This document shows, piece after piece, positions 36,952 to 42,906 of a stretch of 42,906 nt of DNA; the first letter of the stretch is position 1; each line of letters opens with the position of its first letter. Source of the stretch: a virus. Lineage: Duplodnaviria; Caudoviricetes. Below the pieces are notes generated by a model. It worked only from the letters and a program-made list of their open reading frames with translations. It ran no database searches and was not told where the DNA came from. The position numbers and the translations under genes are program-made. The DNA lies in IMG/VR virus record IMGVR_UViG_3300032330_000669, positions 1-42,906 of that record; one strand, given 5' to 3'.

Positions 36952-37629
36952 CTATTTTTCTTTTTTCCATTCAGCATACATTTTTGCTTGTTTTTTTTCT
37001 ACTTCTTCTTTTTCTTTCTTCCATTCTGCTTTGCGCTCTTCGGAATATTCTGCTTCAGCATAATCCCAAAAAGACCCTAGGGTATATCTTGTTCCACTTG
37101 TAACTTCTTTTACCGCATGAATATTTTCTATACCGCCTGGAAATGTTATTAGCATTCCTTCGTCTGGAGATATACAGATATCATGATCTCTAAAATCTAA
37201 TTGTCCACCACTATAATCACTATTTAAATAAAGTAAACAAACAAATTTGCTTACTTCCCAAGCACTTGGATTTCCATCCATATCAGAGTTGTCTGAATGA
37301 AAATTTGCATAAGCCCCCTTTTCCCATTTTTGTGCATGAGTAGAAACTCTTTTAACTTTTCTACTATGAGCCTCTTCTGCTGCAAACTGCATTTTTTCTG
37401 CTACATCTTTTAAATAAAATCTTGATAAACCAAATTTTTCTAAATCTTCATCATCCTCAACCATATTCATTCCATATGATTCATAAAATGCTACGAGGCT
37501 CCACTCTGTTTTATTTTTGTAATATTGAACTAATTTTTTACAATCTTGTTGAGGGATAAAGTTATTAAAATAAATTATATCTTCTTTAAAAAATCCTTTT
37601 TGTGCATCAGATAGCATTTTTATTTCCAT
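36952..37629 (-). CDS. 2OG-Fe(II) oxygenase, prolyl-4-hydroxylase-like (start 37629 or 37617)
   Basis: HSD...LLYLNSDYSGGQL...IHAVKEVTSGTRY gives the HxD...H iron triad plus the 2OG-binding Arg. Confidence 0.9.
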   Translation of the reverse strand: MEIKMLSDAQKGFFKEDIIYFNNFIPQQDCKKLVQYYKNKTEWSLVAFYESYGMNMVEDDEDLEKFGLSRFYLKDVAEKMQFAAEEAHSRKVKRVSTHAQKWEKGAYANFHSDNSDMDGNPSAWEVSKFVCLLYLNSDYSGGQLDFRDHDICISPDEGMLITFPGGIENIHAVKEVTSGTRYTLGSFWDYAEAEYSEERKAEWKKEKEEVEKKQAKMYAEWKKEK

Positions 37630-38251
37630 GTTCTAATATAGTCCAAAAAAATGGACAAGTATACCTAATGCCTGAAGTTACTTCTGTTACACCGTGTATA
37701 TAATTCATGTCTCCTGGAAAAAAATATGCTGCTCTTGATTTTGGTTTAAATTTAATATTTTGTTTTGGAAAATAAAGTTCTCCACCCTCATAATCGTCAT
37801 TTAAATAAAATAGACTTGCTATATCATAATATGGAAAATCATTTGGTTTTCCAGCATCTGGTCCTTCATGAAGTTCTTTATCTGCATGAGGATTTTGAAA
37901 ATATCCTGGAAGCCATCTAACAATTGTTGGAGAAGTGGGTCGTGCATCAACATTGAAAAAATTGTCAACATTTACCTTTAATCTACCCATCATTGTCTTT
38001 ATTATTTTTGAAATTTCTGGATCTTGCTTATTCAATGTTTCTTCTGTAGCAACTCTATTTTCCCAAAATGAAGCGTCATAGATACAGGTGCCGTTTTCAT
38101 TATAATGACTTTCCGTTACATCCCACAAAGTTATTTGACGAGCAAAGGGTAAAAGAATAGAATGCTCTTCTTCAGTCATAAAATTTTCTAATTCAACGAT
38201 ATTTTCTGATGAATTACCAAAAAATCCAGACGGAGTAATAGAAATATTCAT
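37607..38251 (-). CDS. 2OG-Fe(II) oxygenase, prolyl-4-hydroxylase-like
   Basis: HAD...FYLNDDYEGGELYF...IHGVTEVTSGIRY; ATG 38251 lies 6 nt after a TATAAT. Confidence 0.9.
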   Translation of the reverse strand: MNISITPSGFFGNSSENIVELENFMTEEEHSILLPFARQITLWDVTESHYNENGTCIYDASFWENRVATEETLNKQDPEISKIIKTMMGRLKVNVDNFFNVDARPTSPTIVRWLPGYFQNPHADKELHEGPDAGKPNDFPYYDIASLFYLNDDYEGGELYFPKQNIKFKPKSRAAYFFPGDMNYIHGVTEVTSGIRYTCPFFWTILEHGNKNAI

Positions 38252-38265
38252 TGTTAAATTATATC

Positions 38266-38994
38266 TCAACTATAACTTCTTTTTTCCCAGACTTCATTTT
38301 TATATACCCCGCCGTCTGGCACACGATACTTTTTCATATTTTCCATATTTTTTTGATAAAGTTTATTTGGATCTTCAATAACTATATCTGAATTCCAACT
38401 TTCTCTTTTAAAAGGAAATACTTGGGAGTAGACTGTTCCAGCCTTGATGATTCCAGTCCAACCCAGTTTAATAAAAAATGGCATTGTACCAGGCATATTA
38501 ACCTTATCATTATCTACTATTCCACTTGTCGATAAAAATGGAAGTTCGAATCTGTTCATTGGATGAGTATACAAAACGCTATATCCTTTTGGAACTTCTA
38601 CTGCCCAGTCCATCCACCAAGCAAAATGCTCTTTATGATACCCCTGTGGATGTTCAAATTGTGGCATAGGATCTCTTGGTCCACAAAAATCTTGGTATTG
38701 GGGATCTAATACTTTTACCAATATCTTTTCATCTTTTATATAAAATTCAATATCACAAGGAGTTCTTAGAGCGTAACCGCTTGCCATAACATCAAAAATT
38801 GCTGGGCAGGCTTTCCATGTAGGAACTTTTCCACCATCTTGTGGATTTATCCAAGGTTCATTGGTATAGGGATTTATAGCAAAACGATCTGCCTTTCTAA
38901 ACCATTCAGGAATAGTTTTTGATATCGGTTGTGGACACGAATCACTTTCTTTATTTAGCCAAGATCTATTTGATATGAATTTTATATTACTCAT
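38266..38994 (-). CDS. DUF6065-related hypothetical protein
   Basis: IPEWF...KACPAIFDVMASGYALRTPCDI...PKGYSVLYTHPMNR...SGIVDND shares its layout with the neighbouring gene; family recalled, not searched. Confidence 0.55.
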   Translation of the reverse strand: MSNIKFISNRSWLNKESDSCPQPISKTIPEWFRKADRFAINPYTNEPWINPQDGGKVPTWKACPAIFDVMASGYALRTPCDIEFYIKDEKILVKVLDPQYQDFCGPRDPMPQFEHPQGYHKEHFAWWMDWAVEVPKGYSVLYTHPMNRFELPFLSTSGIVDNDKVNMPGTMPFFIKLGWTGIIKAGTVYSQVFPFKRESWNSDIVIEDPNKLYQKNMENMKKYRVPDGGVYKNEVWEKRSYS

Positions 38995-38995
38995 A

Positions 38996-39694
38996 TTAGT
39001 CCATTCTGTTTGTTTTTAATTTAATATTTTTTACTTCATGAGAACCTTGTGAACTTCCGTCATATTTTATTGCATTTCTATAAAAATTAGAAAATTTACC
39101 ATTTACAGATATTTCTTGTATTTTTTGTCCGTTTAACAATATTTCTTCATAATGACTATTTGGAAGTTCATCATAAAAAATATTCATTTCATAGTTTTGC
39201 AATGAAGATAAAGATAAAGGAAGTATTGATGCAACAGGGGTCTTTGCTGGTATGCATATCTCTACATTTGGAACTAATATTCTCCAAGCCAGCGGGAGTG
39301 GCGGCTTATAAAAAGAAGTACTTATTATTGATGTATAGCATTGTGCATAGGCATTGAAATCGTTTGGCACTGGAATTGTTAGCATTGAAACATCAACATC
39401 TGAAAAAAATGTCAAGCCAGTATTAAAACTTAATGTAGCATTTCCTCTTGAGGAATTACAGTATTTTAATCCTTTTAGAATTTTTATATGATTAGAACTG
39501 TTATCAGTAATTCCATCCCAAATAAAAATTATGTCTTGTGGAAAAGATATGCCCCATCCCAAAGTATTTGATAGACTAACAGGGAAACAGTGATATGCAT
39601 GTTTTTCTGAAGTTTCATCCATCCAATTTCTTTTTATAGAAAGTTGTTCTATATTTGCATATCCTTTTTTACAATGAACTTTGATTTCAGGCAC
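38996..39694 (-). CDS. DUF6065-like protein
   Basis: KRNWMD...AYHCFPVSLSNTLGWGISFPQDI.FIWDG matches the recalled DUF6065 N-terminal pattern. Confidence 0.6.
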   Translation of the reverse strand: MPEIKVHCKKGYANIEQLSIKRNWMDETSEKHAYHCFPVSLSNTLGWGISFPQDIIFIWDGITDNSSNHIKILKGLKYCNSSRGNATLSFNTGLTFFSDVDVSMLTIPVPNDFNAYAQCYTSIISTSFYKPPLPLAWRILVPNVEICIPAKTPVASILPLSLSSLQNYEMNIFYDELPNSHYEEILLNGQKIQEISVNGKFSNFYRNAIKYDGSSQGSHEVKNIKLKTNRMD

Positions 39695-40383
39695 TATGAT
39701 CCTGTTTCTATATGCTGTCCATGATATTTATCTGAATAGTCTAACATTGTTACCATAGAATACTTTTTACCGTCAAAAACAGGACATGCTCTATGAGGAT
39801 ACATAAAGTTTGATGGGAAAATATATGTATCTCCAGCAACGGGTTTAATTTTTATACCTTGCAATGGGAACTCAAGTTCTCCACCATCGTAATTATCATT
39901 GGGATAAGACACTAGTGATACTGTACAGTTATAAGAAAATCCGTGATCAGTGTGTGCTTCAAAGTGTTGACCTTTTCCATACTTAACAAAATTTGTTGAT
40001 TCCCAATATCTCATTTCGCCAACATTGAACCTTTTACAATAATGTTTCACTACTTGTAATTGAGCATTATATGTTTTTTGATACATACTGTCTAATTCTT
40101 TAATTGAATCAGTTATAGGTAACATACCGCTTTTATACTTAAAGTCATAACAGTCTCTATATTCTGGCATATATTCCATATACCCCACCATAGCCTTTTG
40201 CCAATCAATAAATGAATTATTGCTTATTGTTTTTTCTAAAGTATCTATGACCTTCATATTTTTAGCAATAACATCTCTATAAACAAAAATTCCATCATGA
40301 AGTTCTTCAAAATCTGACCAAGAAGGCAACATTGATGCATACCAATTTGCTAATCTATCGTGATGTGATTCCATTTTTACCAT
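39694..40383 (-). CDS. 2OG-Fe(II) oxygenase with a collagen-P4H-type C-terminal motif (start 40383 or 40374)
   Basis: HTD...YPNDNYDGGEL...HRACPVFDGKKY. Confidence 0.88.
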   Translation of the reverse strand: MVKMESHHDRLANWYASMLPSWSDFEELHDGIFVYRDVIAKNMKVIDTLEKTISNNSFIDWQKAMVGYMEYMPEYRDCYDFKYKSGMLPITDSIKELDSMYQKTYNAQLQVVKHYCKRFNVGEMRYWESTNFVKYGKGQHFEAHTDHGFSYNCTVSLVSYPNDNYDGGELEFPLQGIKIKPVAGDTYIFPSNFMYPHRACPVFDGKKYSMVTMLDYSDKYHGQHIETGS

Positions 40384-40580
40384 TTCCCTAGTGGACAACT
40401 AGCGTTTATAAGTTTTGTTTTTAAATTCATGAAGCATAAACATGCTTTACACTGATTTGTTATTGGTATTAATTGATCGCAAGAATAACATTCTGATATT
40501 CTTTTATCAGAAATTTCTTTATCAATATAATTTTTACTTTTAAATAAGTCAAAAGGAGTTACCTTTTTTGAAGATTCCAT
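40377..40580 (-). CDS. Small six-Cys CPxGKW protein (DUF6171-like)
   Basis: RISECYSC...CKACLCFMNLKT...CPLGKW; AAAGGA RBS. Confidence 0.75.
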   Translation of the reverse strand: MESSKKVTPFDLFKSKNYIDKEISDKRISECYSCDQLIPITNQCKACLCFMNLKTKLINASCPLGKW

Positions 40581-40592
40581 TTAAAATTCCTT

Positions 40593-40994
40593 TCAAATAT
40601 AATTATTTTCAATAGTTATTGAAGCATCACTCAGCATTGCTGCAAAGAATCCTTCCATATTTGTATTACAATATCTATCTGCCACAAAAGTTGCAACAAC
40701 CTTGTCATCAATTATTGCAATTAATGACTCAACCTTTAAATTTTTTAATTCTTCGGCAGTATAAAAAGATTCTTCATTATCCCCTTGAACAAATTCTTCA
40801 TTAATATATTTCATGCCGATTGTTGGAATTTTTGAACAATCTTCAACATATACTATTTTTGCTCCATTAAGCATAGGATTAAAAATATCTGTTATTGGAT
40901 TTGGCATTATTAAAAGTCTAGAGACAACTTCATTGTCTATATAGGCATTAATACTCATTAATTTTGATTCATCTATAACATCATTATTTTGCAT
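40593..40994 (-). CDS. Hypothetical protein with a weak internal repeat
   Basis: AAGGAG RBS; AYIDNEVV...PMLNGAKI resembles AIIDDKVV...AMLSDASI. Confidence 0.65.
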   Translation of the reverse strand: MQNNDVIDESKLMSINAYIDNEVVSRLLIMPNPITDIFNPMLNGAKIVYVEDCSKIPTIGMKYINEEFVQGDNEESFYTAEELKNLKVESLIAIIDDKVVATFVADRYCNTNMEGFFAAMLSDASITIENNYI

Positions 40995-41016
40995 TTGTCA
41001 ATAACTCCTTTTTAAA

Positions 41017-41532
41017 TTAACAACAACCGCCGACTGGGGCACAGTAAATTGGGAAACCTGAACAAGCATAGCATTGACCACAGACGAAAGACGGTGGAAA
41101 GTCTGGTGGAAAGAATGGAGGGAAATAAGGACCAAAGTCTGGTGGAAAGAATGGAGGGAAGAATGGAGGAAAGAATGGAGGGAAAAACGGTGGAGCATAA
41201 TTATAATAAGTGTAGTTAACAGAAGATCCTGGATCTGCTGCTGCATTTGCCGATGGATTAGTAGATATTATTTGTTGATCTAAAGATGCATTTGTAGTAT
41301 CTGATGCTGTTTGTGTTCCTACAACAAGACCTCTTGCCACAATTGAAGAATTAGCATTTGTTCTTGTTTGACCAATAACATTGGGAACAATTGCTAAGAA
41401 TCTTTTCCATGTACCGTCTGCTGCTTTTACAAAGGCATCATAGATACTTTGCCAAGTACCGTCGCTTTTACGCACAGAAATACCAGTGATGGGGTTATTT
41501 CCACCACTGCTATTTTTAATTGAACTTGGCAT
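41017..41532 (-). CDS. Putative fibre-tip/adhesin: Trp-containing N-terminus, PASTA domain, (PPxF)9 repeat, six-Cys tail
   Basis: DGTWQ...VK..DGTWK; VPNVIGQTRTNANSSIVARGL...IISTNPSA...GSSVNY (PASTA pattern); PPFF repeats; CGQCYACSGFPIYCAPVGGCC. Confidence 0.75.
   Translation of the reverse strand: MPSSIKNSSGGNNPITGISVRKSDGTWQSIYDAFVKAADGTWKRFLAIVPNVIGQTRTNANSSIVARGLVVGTQTASDTTNASLDQQIISTNPSANAAADPGSSVNYTYYNYAPPFFPPFFPPFFPPFFPPDFGPYFPPFFPPDFPPSFVCGQCYACSGFPIYCAPVGGCC
41086..41193 (-). repeat. Nine tandem 12-bp units encoding PPFF x4, PPDF, GPYF, PPFF, PPDF, PPSF
   Basis: Units such as CCTCCATTCTTT, CCTCCATTCTTC and CCACCAGACTTT read directly from the minus strand. Confidence 0.95.
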
Positions 41533-41541
41533 ACCATTTCC

Positions 41542-42906
41542 TTAATATTTTAACCAAATGTCGCCTTCACTGCCTGTACCAGGATCTGTGGTGCTTACAT
41601 AGATATTTCTTACTCTATAAGACGCCAATGTTTGTACTCCAGTAAGAGTGATAGATGTTGCGCTAGATATTGTACCACCAGAAATTGATGGAGATGTTGC
41701 CAAAACTACTGATCCTGATCCAGTAGAAGTTGTAGATCCCGTTCCTCCATTTGCTACTGGAAGAGTTCCTGAAATATGTGTTGTTAGGCCAATCTTGCCC
41801 CATGATGGTGCAGTTCCAACTCCTCCAGAAATTAATGCATTTCCAGTAGCAACGTCTGCAAGTTTAGACAATGCGCTAGAACCAGAGGCATACAAAATAT
41901 CTCCGATGGCATAGGAAGATTGTCCAGTGCCTCCTTTTGCAGCAGTAACGGTTCCAGTAAGATTAGCAGCATCATTATAGTATGATCCATCTTGTCCATC
42001 AAGTTTGTCAGCATTAAGATTAGTAACAACTGTGGTTGATGTTACCTCAAGTGCCCCAATTTTTAATGTGTCATAGGTAACTCCAGTAAAATCAATAACA
42101 TTTGAAACTGGTTCAGAAGCACCAGAAACTAATTTCCATTTTCCTGAATCTGAAGCATCACGAATAAGGCCAGAATGATAATGACCAGGATTTGAATCTC
42201 CATAAGCACCATAGATACCAATATCAATTGAGTCTGAATCAAATTGAGAATCTGCCAAATAAATTAAAGAATCTGTTACAGATAGATTAGTTGTTGATAT
42301 TGTTGTTCCCGTACCAGTCAAAACAACATCTGTTGCAGTTAATGTACCAACAATAGTAAGATTGCCATTTTTTGTTTGACTTGTTGAAGATGTATTTATA
42401 GCATCAGTAATCCCATAACCAGATACGGTAGTGGGAGTAGAAGAAATTTTACTCCAAGCCAAGCCAGTTATCCAAGATGGATTAGAGTATGAGCCGCTTG
42501 TATATACCCCATCTGTAACTGTTCCAGCATTTCCATCAATAGAAATACCTGTTAGCGATTGTGAAGATGATGCTCTATTAAGTGCAATTGATGTTGTTCC
42601 TACATAAAGATTTGAATTTCCAAGAACAGTGCTTGGTAGCGTTCCTGTTAGATTTCCTGCGGTAGTATAATAATCTCCACTTTGACCATCTAGTAAATCA
42701 GTATTAAGATTGTCTACTTTTGTTGTTGAAGACACGACAAAAGGAGAAGATCCTGTAGCAACAGTAGAAGTGAGTTGTCCACTAAGTCTTATTGTTCCAA
42801 CAACATCTAACTTTGCCGCAGGGGATGGTGTTCCAATGCCAACATCACCATTTCCTTTAACAATAAAAGGAGTAGAATCTGGATCTGTGCTGTCCTGAAC
42901 CTTGAA
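41542..42906 (-). CDS. Long tail fibre protein, N-terminus truncated by the window edge
   Basis: Frame stays open to 42906 (FKVQDSTDPD...GDVGIGTPSPAAKLDV...); NLNxDxLDG twice, PTTVSGYGITDA, LPVANGGTG and C-terminal IYVSTTDP...GDIWLKY. Confidence 0.85.
   Translation of the reverse strand, partial: FKVQDSTDPDSTPFIVKGNGDVGIGTPSPAAKLDVVGTIRLSGQLTSTVATGSSPFVVSSTTKVDNLNTDLLDGQSGDYYTTAGNLTGTLPSTVLGNSNLYVGTTSIALNRASSSQSLTGISIDGNAGTVTDGVYTSGSYSNPSWITGLAWSKISSTPTTVSGYGITDAINTSSTSQTKNGNLTIVGTLTATDVVLTGTGTTISTTNLSVTDSLIYLADSQFDSDSIDIGIYGAYGDSNPGHYHSGLIRDASDSGKWKLVSGASEPVSNVIDFTGVTYDTLKIGALEVTSTTVVTNLNADKLDGQDGSYYNDAANLTGTVTAAKGGTGQSSYAIGDILYASGSSALSKLADVATGNALISGGVGTAPSWGKIGLTTHISGTLPVANGGTGSTTSTGSGSVVLATSPSISGGTISSATSITLTGVQTLASYRVRNIYVSTTDPGTGSEGDIWLKY

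Noticed and set aside
36952-40383. Oxygenases as DNA-base modification enzymes (TET/JBP or AlkB)
   Set aside because: Motifs are P4Hc-type (Y[LP]NxxYxGGxL), and no methylase, glycosyltransferase or nucleotide kinase is adjacent in this window.
41086-41193. Possible CRISPR array or DGR variable repeat
   Set aside because: Contiguous 12-bp coding units with no spacers; no template repeat or reverse transcriptase in the window.
40998-41246. Alternative-frame ORF with LHSF repeats
   Set aside because: By-product of the 12-bp repeat; third-position variation is synonymous in the PPFF frame, which also holds the PASTA domain and an RBS.
41017-41532. Classical RiPP precursor releasing cyclic PPFF peptides
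   Set aside because: No dedicated protease, cyclase or exporter nearby and no cleavage motifs between units; modification of an intact structural protein fits better. Not fully excluded.
2498-42898. All plus-strand ORFs in the track (e.g. 5217..5552, 23017..23412, 33142..33606, 41074..41283)
   Set aside because: Antisense shadows of well-supported minus-strand genes, with no recognisable motifs.
1-42906. Stop-codon reassignment, tRNA genes, integrase or IS elements
   Set aside because: Genes tile the window under the standard code using all three stops; intergenic gaps are short and show no cloverleaf; no recombinase or transposase motifs.

Overview
A gene-dense, AT-rich fragment of a large tailed dsDNA phage (siphovirus-like), truncated at both ends, with every credible gene on the minus strand. 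In transcription order (right to left) it carries: a tail fibre; a PASTA + (PPFF)n + Cys-rich fibre-tip-like protein; small partner proteins; three 2OG-Fe(II) prolyl-hydroxylase-like oxygenases plus two DUF6065-like proteins; two paralogous fibre-like proteins with a second Cys-rich tip protein and partner; class II ribonucleotide reductase (nrdJ); a large LamG-like structural protein; portal; prohead protease/scaffold; major capsid; head-tail connectors; major tail; frameshifted tail chaperone; a 2340-aa tape measure; minor tail genes; small regulatory genes; and a DnaB-like helicase. No terminase, tRNA, CRISPR array or mobile element is visible. The PASTA domain and apparently leaderless promoters suggest an actinobacterial host (inference). 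The best candidate for an undescribed system is the 34.1-42.9 kb cassette: fibre genes are followed by Cys-rich tip proteins and CPxGKW partners, and a (Pro-Pro-Phe-Phe)-repeat protein sits beside three prolyl-hydroxylase-like enzymes, consistent with phage-encoded post-translational maturation of receptor-binding proteins. All family assignments are by eye; no database search was run.
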